From assembly GCF_009914755.1 (NCBI RefSeq), contig NC_060930.1: 64,000 nt of DNA; one strand, 5' to 3'. Positions 39,881 to 53,735 of the stretch are shown here, in pieces (position 1 is the first letter of the stretch; each line of letters begins with the position of its first letter). This DNA comes from the human T2T-CHM13v2.0 reference genome, Homo sapiens. The position numbers and the translations under genes were made by a program. The notes under the pieces are model-generated. The model ran no database searches, was not told the origin of the DNA, and saw only the letters and a list, made by a program, of their open reading frames with translations.

Positions 39881-40540
39881 AAACTATTATTTTGCATATC
39901 ACCGCAGAATAGCTAAGTGGAGAAATCATCCCAGCGATTGTTAGTACTATAATTGGGCTAATTTCTTAATCTAAATGAGTGAATTCTTTGGTTTAAAGAA
40001 AATAAACACAGGGTAGAGGGACCTTTGTGCACCAGGAGGCCTTTCCCACCCTCCTCAGATAAGATGACAGGAAATAAATTATATATATATATATATACTC
40101 AGCCTAGCTGAGGGGAACAGGATATACATGTTGGACATAATCCTTGCTCTCAGGGATCTTGTAGTCTTGTTTGGGAGGTTAAATTTACACATAATTAAGC
40201 AATTAGAAGAAAGTAAGATAGTATTCAATTAAGTTCCACATTGAATGGTTCAAGCAATAAGTAAGTTACTAGTAGAGAGAGAGCTATGAACAATTAGGGC
40301 TGTATCCATTGGAAAAGATTTGTGGAGGAGGCAGGGCTTGAGCAGAGCCTGGAGGAAGGGAAAGTCAGTTCCATGGGGAGTCAAAAAGCCTAAAAATTCT
40401 AGGAGAAAATAACACACTTGTTCTCTGTTCCAGGAAAAAATACTTCTCATGCCTGATTTACTCCTTATATGGAAAGAACAGTTTTGCAGTTTTGTGTCCT
40501 TTAAAAAATCACAACATACAGCCACACACATGCACGCGGG

Positions 40541-40542
<2 letters not shown>

Positions 40543-40577
<35 letters not shown>
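40543..40577 (+). repeat. (CA)n microsatellite
   Basis: About 17 CA units. Confidence 0.97.
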
Positions 40578-42959
40578 CATACGCAAAGAAACGAAACCCA
40601 CCATGCTATTTTCTCATTTGCACTTAACTCGAGAGGTTATGAGTCTTTTTTCCTGGTGTGGATGTTGCCACAGGCTCCTGACATTCTTAACTTGGTTGGA
40701 TCCCTGCAGTGCAGTCTACTTCAGACTACCTTTTTTAGACCACTTGAAAGTTTTTCAATTTATTCAGCAGAATATATCAGCCTGTCAGCTTTGGAGAGCT
40801 AGTGCCTGCAGAAGATATATCTTTCCTCTGCAGGTGGCACTGCCTGCCAATTTTTCTTTGGGGTGAGCTCTTGTTCGGAAGCAGCCCTCTGTGGTTTGAG
40901 TACCAGTCACATTGCAGTTGATCTCCTTTTCTGTCTACTGCTCTGTCTGGATAATGGGTATACCTGCTGTGTGTGAGTGGAGAGAGGAGCCTATTGTATT
41001 ATTTCTTTGCTTTGTGATTAGCAAATTACTTTTTGCTTAAACTGGGTCATCCCATCTCTTTTTTCTTGCCTGAGCTATTTATCTGCCTCTATCATTTCCT
41101 AGATGTTGATATCAATGTCACTTTACCTTAGATGGTGTCCCCTGCATCCTTAGAGTTCCTGCTGTCTTCTCTTTGATTATTTGACATCCACTCTGCAGAA
41201 TGGCTTCACTCTCCTCCTGCTGTCCATCCTCATCATATAAGCAATATGGTTCAGCTGAACTTCCATGAGCCTTTCCCACTGGGCTTCAGAGAGGAAGCAG
41301 AAAAATTTCCTATGGGATTGTCAGAGACCTTTAGAAGGTACCTCCATTTACTCCTGATAGCACAAGACAGAGCCTCAAGGCAAAACATACTTATTGCTGT
41401 CAGTTTTACTAAGTAGATTTTATGAGATGACATTGACTTCAAAAGTAATCATGAAGGAGGGAAAAGACTTCCTTTTTTCTGGAGTTTTCTTCTGCTTTCT
41501 CTGTTCTTTGTGAATGTGAATTTCCTTCTTCTGCACAGCAAATTACCAGGGGATTAATTTTAAAAATTTAACCAAATTAATTATAATTCCAGGCTGTGTC
41601 TTAAGGCATACTAAGCTCTAGTGATGGAAAAGTCCAGAAGAGGCCATTGAGCTCTTTTTTTTTCGTTGTGGGAGGGAGGACCCTTGAGCATCCCAGACAG
41701 AACAGATGGGTTTTAAGGGTATTTGTGGGTATCTTGTAAAACAGGGAGTGGGAGGAGATGTGGCTTATGGTAGATGGGTCTGTTTTTAACAAGTAACAGT
41801 TAGTAGTAATGAAGATTGTACACTATTAATAAAACAGCTAAGAAAAGGACTGGAGAATTATGGTAGTTAATGATCTGAAGAACATTTACTATAAACCTGA
41901 TTTTATGATACATTTTAGAAGAGGAGTTTGATCATCAATATTCACTCTCTCGTGACATGTTGCACATAAAGTCTGATCCCAGGAACATCTTTAAAATACC
42001 TTCTAAAATTATAGAAGACAAGAAAAGATAGCTTTCACATGCTAGGGAAGTTCTCTGAAGCTTTTTGCCACTCTTGAAGTAGGAATCTTCCATCAGATTA
42101 TTTCCACTAAAGATTTACCCTTAGGGAAAACTCATAAGAAAGTGAAAAGGTCAGCTCACAGAATATTTAAACTTCTGTAAAAGAATGAGATATTCAATCA
42201 GGTGGTAGGTGGCTCACAGGTGTCTTGGTTTTGAATTTCATGATAATCTCAAGGAGTTTTTGTTAACAGTAGAGTTACAGTGTTTGGTCTTTTAGTTACA
42301 TCTTTAACTTATGAGGAAAGTTCGCTCTTTTCTGCTCACAGGTGATGGCAACTATCAGTTGAATCTTCCTTTGAGGTGCTAATGTTAGTGAAAACTCTTT
42401 CACCCCACCCCAGGCACTGTGGGCAGAGCTGTGATTTCAAGCATGGCTAGTAAAATTAGTGCCGAGATATTTTCCTTCCGTTATGTCCCTGGTTTCTCAG
42501 GGCATATTTTAATTTGGAATAAATAGCCCTGGCTTCCCTTAAACCAGAAACAGATAGAAGAACTTCATTGTATTACAACTCAAATTGCTGTTTTTTTCTA
42601 GCTCTCAGGAGCAGTTCCTAATTCAGTCTGAACTTAACAATGAAGAAATGTGTTAAAGAAGGAAAGATAAAAAGGGTATTTAAGAACTTCTAAGTTTTCT
42701 CTAAATCAAATCTTCAATATGGGGTTTTGTTATTAATTTTTGCTTTGTGTATACTCCCAAAGCATAAACCACACTTGTATTCAGAATAATTATGAAAACA
42801 AGAAAACACATCCCAATGGTATATATACTTTATTTGTGGGTTACTTGATGTTTTCTACCATATCTCTTCTTTCTGCCACTTGTTAGGTTAATGATCTGTA
42901 AACTATTTTATTAACTCACGTGTTGGTAAAATACTTTGAGCATGCACTCCCCAAATATC

Positions 42960-43062
42960 TTTATATATATATATTATATATATATACACCTATATATTAT
43001 ACATATATATAATATATATGTATATTATATATATACATATATAATATATATGTATTTATACA
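42960..43062 (+). repeat. (TA)n-rich simple repeat
   Basis: Read directly from the sequence. Confidence 0.9.
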
Positions 43063-43176
43063 TTAAATATACTTACCATTATGCTAATATATGTACATTA
43101 AAATATGTACAATAATTTAAAAATAAGCTTAAAAATGTATTTTAAATATCTTGCCCATGTATATGTGTGTGTGTGT

Positions 43177-43336
43177 ATTTTTTTTTTAAGGGATGGAGTC
43201 TACCTCTGTTACCCAAGCTAGAGTGCAGTGACACAATCATAGCTCACTGCAGCCTTGAACTCCAGGCCTCAAGTGATCCTCCTGCTTTGGCCTCTCAAAG
43301 CACTGGGATTACAGGCATGAGCCAGTGCACCTGGCC
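43177..43336 (-). mobile_element. FAM-like free Alu monomer
   Basis: A ~160-bp single monomer running from the T tail straight to GCCAGTGCACCTGGCC, with no middle A-rich linker. Confidence 0.8.
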
Positions 43337-43444
43337 TTGTTTCAAATGTCTTGATAGTATCATTTGTTAATAGCTTATGGCGTGACAAACAGTTAAGACA
43401 AAGGTAATTGTTAACCATAGTAAATGTAAATTCATATTTTATTT

Positions 43445-45835
43445 TTTCCTTTAAAAATGGTTTGTGATTGACACATAATAATTATACATATTTATGGGGT
43501 ACATAGTGATGTTTCAATACATACAATGTATAGTAATCATATCAGAATAATTAGCATATCCATCCTCTCAAACATTTGCCACTTCTTTGTGTTGGAAATA
43601 TTCAGAATCTTTCTTCTAGCTGTTTGAAAGTATATATTATTAACTATAGTCATCCTACAGTGCTATAGAACACTAGAACTTATTCCTCCTTTCTAGCTGT
43701 ACTTTTGTGTCTTTAAAAAGTCTCTGCCTATTCCCCACACCCTTCTCAGCCTCTAGTATACTCTATTCTACTTTTACTTCTGACTTCAACTTTTTAAATG
43801 TTTTATATGTTTTTTTATTGATATATAATAGATGTACATATTTTCTGAGTACATGTGGTAATTTTATACATTCATATAATGTGTAAAGATCAAATCATGG
43901 AGACTGGGATATCCAATTTTTTGATATTTAAATGAAATATTTATCTTTGCTTTATGCTAGGAACATTCAAATTATTCTCTTCTATTTTGAAATATTCCAT
44001 AGATTATTGTTAACTATATTCACTCTACTGTTCTACCGAACACTAGGCATTATTTCTTCTATCTAACTATATATTTGTACTCCTTAATCAGCGTTTTTAA
44101 ATAGTTTCCTCTCTCTACCCCTCCTGGCCTTTGATAACCACCAATCTTTCACTATCTTCATGAGATTCACTTTTTAAATTTCCACATGTGAGTTAGAACA
44201 ATGCAATATTTGTCTTTCTTTGCTTGACTTATTTTACTTAATATAATGTTTTCTAGTTCTATCTGTGTTACTGCCAATGACAGAGTTTCATTCTTTTTGA
44301 TGGCTGAGTAATATTCCAGTGGGTATATATACCACATTTTCTTTTCTTTTCTTTTCTTTTTGAGACAAGGTCTCACTCTATCACCCAGCCTGGAGTGCAG
44401 TGGTGCAATCTTGGCTCACTGCAACCTCTGCCTCCCAGGTTACAATTCTCCCACCTCAGCCTCTCCTGAGTAGCAAGGACTACAGGCACACACCACTATG
44501 TCCAGCTAATTTTTGTATTTTTTGGTAGAGACAGGGTTTTACCATGTTAGTCAGGCTGGTCTCAAACTCCTGACCTCAAGTGATCTGCCCACCTTGGCTT
44601 CCAGAAGTGTTGAGATTACAAGTTTGAGCCAATGTGCCTGGCCTCACATATTCTTTACCTGTTCATCAGTTGTTGGACACTTGGGTTGATTCCTATCTTG
44701 GCTATTGTGAATAGTGCTGCAATAAACATGGGGATGTAGATGTCTCTTTGAAATACTAATTTCCTTTCCTTTGGATAAGTACCCAGTAATGGGATTGTAG
44801 TTTTCTGAGGAACCTCCATACTGTTCTCTGTATTTGTTTACATTCCCACCAACAGTGTACAAGCATTTTCTTTTCTCCACATCCTTCCTAGCATTTGTTA
44901 TTTTTTGTCTTTTTGATAATAGTCATTCTGAGGTGAGATGATATCTCATTGTGGTTTTGATTTGCATTTCCCTGATGATTAGTGATGTTAAATGTTTTCT
45001 CACGTACTTGTTGGCTATTTGTATGTCTTCTTTTGAAAAATGTTTGTTCAGATCATTTGCCCATGTTTTGAAACTGGCTTTTTTTTTTTGGCTGTTGAGA
45101 TGTTTGAGTTCCTTTATATTCTGGATATTAATCTACTGTAAAATGAATAGTTTCCAAATATTTTCTCATTCTGTAGGTTATCTTTCCACTCTGTTGATTT
45201 CTTTGCAGTACAGAAATTTTTTAGTTTGATATAATCCCATTTGTTTACTTTTGGTTTTTCTTTTGCTTATGTGTTTGGGTCTTATTCACAAAATCTTTCC
45301 CCACACCTATGTCCTGAAGAGTTTCTCCTGTGTTTTCTTCTTGTAGTTTTATAGTTTCCATCTTACATTTAGGTCTTTAATCTATTTTGAGTTGATTTTT
45401 GTATAGGGTAAGAGGTGGAGGCCTAATGTTATTCTTCTGTATAGGAATATCCAGTTTTCCTATCATCATTTATTGAAGTGACTGTCCTTTCCTCAATGAA
45501 TGTTCTTGTTGTCTTTGTAAAAATTTAGTTGGCTGTAGGTGTGTGGATTAATGTCTAGGTTCTCTATTCTGTTCCATTGGTCTATGTGCCTGTTTTTATG
45601 CTAGTAGCATGCTGTTTTTGTTACTGTAGCTTTGTAGTATATTTTAAAGTCTGGTAGTGTGATGCCTCCAGCTTTGTTCTTTTTGCTCAGGCTTGTTTTA
45701 GCTCTTTGGGTTTTTTGTGGTTCCATACAAATGTTAGTATTTTTTTTTCTATTTCAATGAAGAAAGTCATTGGTATTTTGGTAGGTATTGCATTGAATCT
45801 GTAGATTGCTTTGGGCAGTAGGGCCATTTTAACAG
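43445..45835 (-). mobile_element. L1MA fragments: two tandem 3' UTRs plus ORF2 3' part, interrupted by an Alu
   Basis: ORF2-like translations ([17 protein letters not shown]; YTVGGNVN; CSTIHNSQD) and L1MA-type 3' UTRs at ~43445 and ~43810. Confidence 0.9.
44337..44643 (-). mobile_element. Alu (AluJb/Sz-like) inserted in L1MA
   Basis: Antisense dimer flanked by CACATTTTCTTT / CACATATTCTTT. Confidence 0.92.
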
Positions 45836-48077
45836 TTAAATTCCTATTTTAAATAATCCTCTTGATACATTAAAATTATTTTTGGCCACCAAATTATTAT
45901 CGCTTTTATCTTATAAGGAAAATTTTATGTAAAGAGAACTCTCAGCTTTGTCATTTATTGTTAATTCATGTTTACATTATTAGTATCATATTCAATCTGT
46001 GGTCTTTGGAGGAGTGTTTTTAAACTACTTGTCTAGTTTAGGAGAGTCCTTTAATTAAAACTAGAAAATTATCTATAAATCTGAATAGCCAGTCACATTT
46101 TAAGCACAATATGTCTACTACACTAAAAGGAAATGCATGAGTGAGGCATGACTTTTAACTCCTCTGTATTGTGGAGCAACTTTTTCCCCCAGTACACCTC
46201 ATCTCCCATATGTGATGGTGACCATGTGATACACAGATGGGCAAGGATGTGAGTGTTCATCTGAATATTAAATGCTAGAAAGTTGATAAAGCTTAATTGT
46301 CTTTTTTTGAAGATAAAATGAATAAAAATTTAAATATTTTCTTTTCAACTCATATGGATTGTCTTGTGTACCCCTGAGAGAGAGATTGCCATCTTGGAGA
46401 TGACTCTTTTTAATAGTATGAATTAATAATCTGAAACATCTATGTATCTATTTAAGGTGAGTACTATTTTATTTTATGGTGATAGATATAAAGACAAAGT
46501 GTCATAGTCAAGAAATCCTAATAAGTCTTCAATTAAATAAGGTATCTATGATTCCCAATGACTTTTCAGAATCACTTCATTTAAGTCTGCTACTCTGTAT
46601 GAATTCCATTAAGGACTACTTTTTAGGGAAGAGAAGTCCAGCAATTAAGTTCTAATTAAGCTGTTTAAAGTATAGGTTAACTAAAATATGCATTTAATGA
46701 AGTATAGTGTTAAACCCATTAGGTAACATTTATGAGAAATTCTGTCAGTCTCTTGTGGATCTAATGAATTCTGATAAAATACCTCAGAACTTAGCTTGTG
46801 AACTGCGAAATGGTTCTAATGAAGATACAGCTACAAATGCTCCAGGCTGTTGGAAAGTGGAAGTGTTTACTAATGTAATTGATCTTAGAAAAAAACTGAT
46901 TCAAGAAAAATGGGCATAAAAGAGATTAGGGAGGTTATTTTGGAGAGTGAGAACATCTAAAACAAAACTTATGATTACTTCTCCTTTATTTTAGATAATT
47001 AAAAAGATTTGTTTATTACATAAATTTGGAAATCACTATTCTACATAGTTATAGGATTAGAATTAATTTTTTTGTAAGTACGTTCTTAAGAGCTTAGGGT
47101 ATAATATATTTAACTCTGGGAAAGATAGCAATGGTTTCCCCCAATCCAGGAATAAATAGGAAACAGTTTGTTTTCTCTATTTTTTTCTCTAAATATTTTG
47201 TACTTGCCTTCTAACTTTTGAAGCCATATGCCATGGTAGAAGCAGTGGCTGTATGTTTTAGAGACACCAAAGGGCCCCCTGATGTTATTTGCAGGAGCAA
47301 TTTATCTTTAGGATAGGATTTATGAATTTTTTGAAATGTATCTGAGCTATTCAAGTTTATTTTTACAAAGGCTAGTATCAGTAGGTGTGACTTCTTAAGA
47401 TAGAATTCTGTTAAAATTTTTATCCTAAGTCTCTTTTTGTGTCATTGTATAAAATCAGCAAGTGTATTTGGGAATAGGTACAATAAAGACTCTTTCTTAT
47501 CCTCAAAAGCTTCTTGATAATAACATTTTCTTCTTTCCAACTTATGTTGTGAGGAACAGTATGTCTATATAGACATTTAAAATGTTGGATGTATTCCATT
47601 CACATATTATATATCCTTTGGACATCAAGCAGATTTTTAATTCTCTTGTAGTGTGAGCATCACATCTTTTTTTTTGTCAAAGTGCTATTCAGCTTTTGTT
47701 CCTTTAGCATTAAAAAAAGATATCAAAATCTATTAATGCTTTCTATGACCTTTTATAGATGAAGACAAGGCAAAAACATTTTTCCCAAAAAATCAATTTA
47801 AATTATTACTATAAAATTTCTGAATGATCTGCTGTGCAATAGGGGCATATATTTTCCTAAAATTAAGACTTAAATAATAGGTTTATATTGACTATCGATT
47901 AGTAGCAAAACTTTAGAGATGTCCATGAATCCTGATATTCTGGAAGTTGCTAGAAATATAGAGGAAATTAAAATTAACAGTCTTGTACCAGATTCTTATT
48001 GCCTATACTTCATATTTCTCTGTATTTGTAGCTTGTAGTCTCTGCAGAGTCTTTTCAATTTGAATGGTAAAGAATAA

Positions 48078-48250
48078 TGGCTGCCAAACATGGCTAACCA
48101 TTAAAATCATGGTTGTTAGGAAACAAGATCTCCAGCCCCATAATTGATTCAATGATCTGGGGGCAGATGGTGAGGGTGGGGGAAAGGGGCATGCAGAAAT
48201 CAGCATTTTAAAACCTCCCCATGTGGTTCTGATAATAAACCAGATTTGGC
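48078..48250. mobile_element. MER5B-like hAT MITE
   Basis: CATTAAAATCA...TGATTCAATGATCTGGGG...CAGCATTTTAAAACCTCCCCATGTGGTTCTGAT. Confidence 0.6.
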
Positions 48251-51200
48251 TTAAGTATCGAAGTGGTCATATTTCTTATTACAGCAATTAGAAGGAAAAG
48301 AAAAACCTCATGGTTTTAAAAGGGCAGAATTTCAAGCAATCACAGTGTCAGTGCACGTAATAGAAGACATTTACTTCAATAAGTTTGCTGCTTATTGCAA
48401 TATCCCTCTCAGAAACAATGTGACTTTGTTCTCGCGTCACAAAGCCTGGCATACTTAATGAGAGGGTGTAATGAGAAGGCAGTCATAGCCCCTTGGGAAG
48501 AGGACTAGAGGAAGGCCATCCTTTCTGATTCTGATAGATTGTGGACAGAAAGAAGGAGAAGGGAGAGTCAGTCAACAGTATGTCTAATTCCCTTCCTCCC
48601 GTTAAGCTCTGATGTGGAAGAGAGTTACTTGGGTTTAAGTGAATAATTGTGGGAAGCAGCCCAGATTTATTGGCCGGCTTCCCTGGACTTACAAGGAAAC
48701 AATTGCAGATACTTAGAGGAAAAGTAACCTTTAGCTCAGTGCCACAGCTTAGCATAACATAATTGAGATGGCGTAAGTCATAGAGAAGGACAAACAGGGA
48801 GTAAAATTCAAGTTTTGGGAACCACACCAGTAAAAATTATTATACTATATCTGAAATTTAAAAGTAAGATGCTAGATTACCATATAGAGAATTTACAAAA
48901 TAAATGGAAAATATCAAATTTAACACCTCATGAGCCCCTCATGTAGGGGGTCTCACATTCACATCAAGACTGTAAAAAGGTGGTGAAAATGGACCTAGGG
49001 AGACTGTTAAAGACAGGGGAGAAGGTGAAGAGGACGTGTGTACGTATGTGTGGATGGGGAGTAAGAGAGTTTCTATCTCCTTCACTTCAAGCTCAGTTTG
49101 GGAGGAGGCTTCAATGGGATCACTCAGTTTGAAATGTATTCTCTACACTTGGGTAACACAGAGAACAATGCCTGTCTGCAACAGAAGGGTAAAGGTGGCA
49201 GTGTGAGGACAGGCTAACACTTATAAGCTTGTTGGAACTAAGGATGTATGAGCATTTCCCATGTTGGGGATGTGGAAGAGAGATCTTTCTGAGTTGGGAG
49301 TATGAGGAATCTTTTAACACTGAAAGTCCAAAATTGAGTGGGGCACTATAAAAGCCAGGGGCTCAGGAAGGGCAGGTGTCCACATGTCAATGTGGCCAGA
49401 AATGAAGGTTTCCAGTGAGAACACTCTCTAAGGAACCCATAAAAGCCTCTATGAAGAAGAGTCAATATTAAACACACACTCCAGAAGGCCCCTTTATCAC
49501 GGAACAATAGAACTTGCCACTGTCCGTGGCCTTTTCTTAATGCACTCTCCATGTGGGACCAATCCTGGGAAGTTCTGCATCTTGCTGATCAAGCTGGTGG
49601 AAGAAGAGTAGGATTAGCCTAGTAAGAGAGGCTAATCCTTTCCCACTGTAAGTTGTCAGCTTAGGCCCCAGCAAGTGAGAGCAGAGGGGATACTAGTTAA
49701 AGTTGTGTTTAGAGTTTTGATTATCACATGAACCAGCTTAATTTAGCAAATCAGAATTTTTTTTTGAGTTGTAATGACTGAAGGATTGCTTATATGCGTG
49801 AAAGTTTTACATCTATGGGGAGGGAGTGGAAAGAGATTTTATTAATCTTAAAAGTGTTTAAAAGAAGGGAAATAAAAATGAAAATTGTGTTTTAATTACA
49901 CTGGGTTAGCTTAATACAAACATTTCAGATAGGCTGATTGGTAAAGGGATGTGGAAATGTCTGTGTGCCCTGGGGAGGGATGTGGAGGTGCAGAGAGTGC
50001 TGGGTGAGTGGTGGAGTCACAAGGCAGCAGTATTCTGTACTATAAGACTAGGGGTAAGGAGTAACTTCAAGAACTTCACTTTTAAGAACAAGCAAGACAT
50101 CTTCCTCTCACCAAAAATAGAAAAATAAGTGTAACAAAAATATTGACCTAGTGTAAGTGTAGTACAAGAAGAAGACCAGACCAGTTGCTCTGCAGAGATG
50201 ACCCGTAGATTCAGGTCCCTTTTCCCAAACTCTGCTGCCTTATATGTCATACGCTACTCCCTTCACTTGGTACCATCTTGAAGAGGAGGAGAGGATGGGT
50301 GCAATGGAACTGGACAATTTATTGAAGTCATATAAGCAGAGACTGAGTTACCTAAAGAGGCAGCTTAAATTATTAGGTCAAATGAAAGATACTGCAATGA
50401 CTAAATTTTAGTTTTTCCAAGCTAAATAATTACTGATAGTAATGGTGGTTGTAACAATGGTAGTGAAGGGTAGTAGTTATAAAAAAAGGTCAGAACAAGT
50501 TAGAAAAAAATTATAGCATAGTATGAGGGAATTATTTACTTTTCTCCATTTGTGGTCATTTTTTCTTGTAGTATTTCATTGGAGGAGGAAGATAAATCAG
50601 GTAGCTGCTGTGTAGTACAAGCTCAATGCTTATTTCTTTCACTGATTTTAGGGCAGTATTAGGGATCATAACATTACTTTGTTTCTTGGGCTGGTGAAGA
50701 GAGAATCTGGTGTGGGAGAGAAGAAAGACTGCACTGGATGAGAGTGGAGAAGTCATAGAATGGCTTATATTTTCACACCAAGCAGTCAAAAATAGCGAGT
50801 GGCTTCTTCACATTAGTTCTGTTTTGAATGGGTCAAGAGCCAAGTGTGTTTAGCTTTTGCCACCACATACTTTCTCAAAGAGAAGGAGGTGGGGGAAGGG
50901 AAGAGGTTGATTTATTATTGTAGGGGATTTCTCCTTGATTTTCTTTTCCTTGATTTTATTTCCAGAATGGAGCTAATGGTATTGAAGATATGCAAAACTA
51001 GGTGGTATTGTTCAAGTATACTGATTTAACACTTCCATTTTACAGCTTTTATTTTAAAAAGGGAGACTGAGAAAATTTATTTTACAAAAAAAGTGAGGCT
51101 ACTGAACTTCTTGATTTCTTAAGAGGACCACAAGGATTTAATAACCTTAGAAGTATAAGCTACCTTGTAGATGGCTGCAGGATGGCAGAATGTCTATAAG

Positions 51201-51868
51201 AGTCATGGATATGGATTCTTTTAAGAAATCAATCATCTTGGGTGATCAGACCGTATTACAACAGACAAGGCAATGACCTTTTTCCTGGTTAACCTATTTA
51301 TTTTTCCTCTTGTGTTTATTAAAGAGTCTATTTTCAAGGTGGGGAGGATAATATAGGCATATTATTTAGACCTAATAAATGACTGGTAACATGGCTTTTT
51401 TTTTGAGAGTGCTTTGATGGAATTTTGTTTGTTTTAACTTTGAGGGTTAGTATTATTTTTAAAAAAAGAAGAAAAAGAAAAGGGAAAAAATTATGAACTT
51501 TTTGGGACTTCATGATCTTGCATCAGCATGTATTTAAAAGCCATTAAGCATCTTGATTAGTTTGGAACATGGTATAAAGACTGTTACATTACTGGTTGCT
51601 GCAGCTGAATACTGGTTGCAATATTTGTCACAGTAAAATGCACCAATCAGAAAATGTGGGAAAATTATTATACACTTCAGTGGTTGATTTGGCCTAGGTA
51701 TTGGACATAATGAGAGTCATTTAAAGAAAAGTATTCAAAGGGTTAGATACTATAGAAGGGATAGCAGTTCAGCTGTGGTAGATATGACCACAAAATAAAG
51801 CGTGGAATTTCTTAGGCCACACATAGAGATAATTTTCCTTATTGAATGATCACACTTTGCATATGTTA

Positions 51869-52242
<374 letters not shown>

Positions 52243-53620
52243 TCCTCCCAAACCCCCAAACTTTTCTTCAGCATACTAATTGGCATTGTACATACTAATG
52301 ACATTGTTCATCTACTTTAATTGGAAGGTTTATGTTCACATTTAATATACCAATTCATTATGTTCTGAAATAAGGATAACATGACTTCACTAAAGTCAGA
52401 ATGCATATGTCTGACTTCAGATCTTATTTAAAAAGTCAAAGTGGGCTTTCATTGCAAACCCTGATTTTTCTGGACATGGATCCTGTAGAATATGCTCTGT
52501 TATGCAACAGCTGCTTATTCAGCCTGATTTTCTACTTGCTTACTTTTCTCCATGGCATCCTTAGGAAGCCTGTTAAGAGGATTTCTGAAAAAAAAAAAAT
52601 GACTCAGAGATCCAGCTATCAAAACATGTATCATCCAACCACGCACTGGAGTCAGCAGAGGTTGTTGGGAGGCAGGGCTGGAAAAGACAATGACAGGTTT
52701 CAGAATGAGCTCACAGGCTCTGCTCACTCTCCCAGAGGACTTGATTTTTGAATTGAGCAGGATTAAGTGGCTTTGGGAGGACAGAAGCTAGTATTATCTG
52801 GGGAGTAATAACAAGGCTCAGCCACTCTGTTACCCTGAAAGGAATGTGAGAACTGTTGTGTTTTTCTATTTGATGTTTTGTTTCATAAGTTTTGGGAGCA
52901 GAAGAAGGCTAGGATTGCCCTAAGTTCTGCAGGTTAAAAGTATGAACAATGTGTTAGGAGCTCTTTAAATTTAAAAGGAGGCTCTTTTCGAAGTTTTACC
53001 TGAGCAAAGGGTAGATAGGCATCAATCTTCCCAGATACTAGTAACATATAGTGGGAATATGTTTGTTGTAGAATATATTTGATTTAAGCATGCAGATATT
53101 TTACTATCTTAAAATTATATGTATTATTTATAAAAATATATGACATTATTTTATAAAGAGAATGATTAAAAGCTCCTAAATTTCCACCTCAACTTATAAC
53201 ATATAGGAAATGTGCCAGGTATATTAGGATGAAGATACACTGTGATATTGATAATTGAACTATGATGTAATTCCAAAAGAGTGGGCCAACCATACAAGAA
53301 TATCTTGGTGGAATTTTAGTTATAGTATTAGACATGTAAACTTGAAGGTGAAGTGAGGTTTTCTCTGGGGATGGAGATTAGGGAGCATAAAAAATGAAGC
53401 CAATGAACTCAAGGAAAAACGTGTCCATTTAATCAGCATTTGTTGTACTTTTAAAAAATGGCTTATTTAAAACAGGTTTTTTAGGTTAGCTCAAAAAAAA
53501 TTTTTTTTAAGTATACAAAAAGTTACATATTTCTTCCTCTATCTTCCTTTTACCCATCTCACACTCTGTTCACCCACTCCTGCTGGTAACCACTGCTATA
53601 CATTTCTTATATGTTCTTGC

Positions 53621-53735
53621 TGTGGCAGATTGTGTTTCCAAAGATGGCCATCCCACCTGCTCTTTTGCAATGTGACTTTGCCACTTCCCCCATTAAGAGA
53701 TAGAATCTATTTTCCCTCCTCTTGAATCTGGGCTG
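53621..53735 (+). mobile_element. MLT1H-like LTR 5' fragment, followed by a MIR fragment to ~53860
   Basis: TGTGGCAGATTGTGTTTCCAAAGATGGCC...GCTCTTTTGCAATGTGACTTTGCC. Confidence 0.65.

Noticed and set aside
40250-40866. ORFs of 107-124 aa with HT/CV repeats
   Set aside because: Produced by the (CA)n microsatellite.
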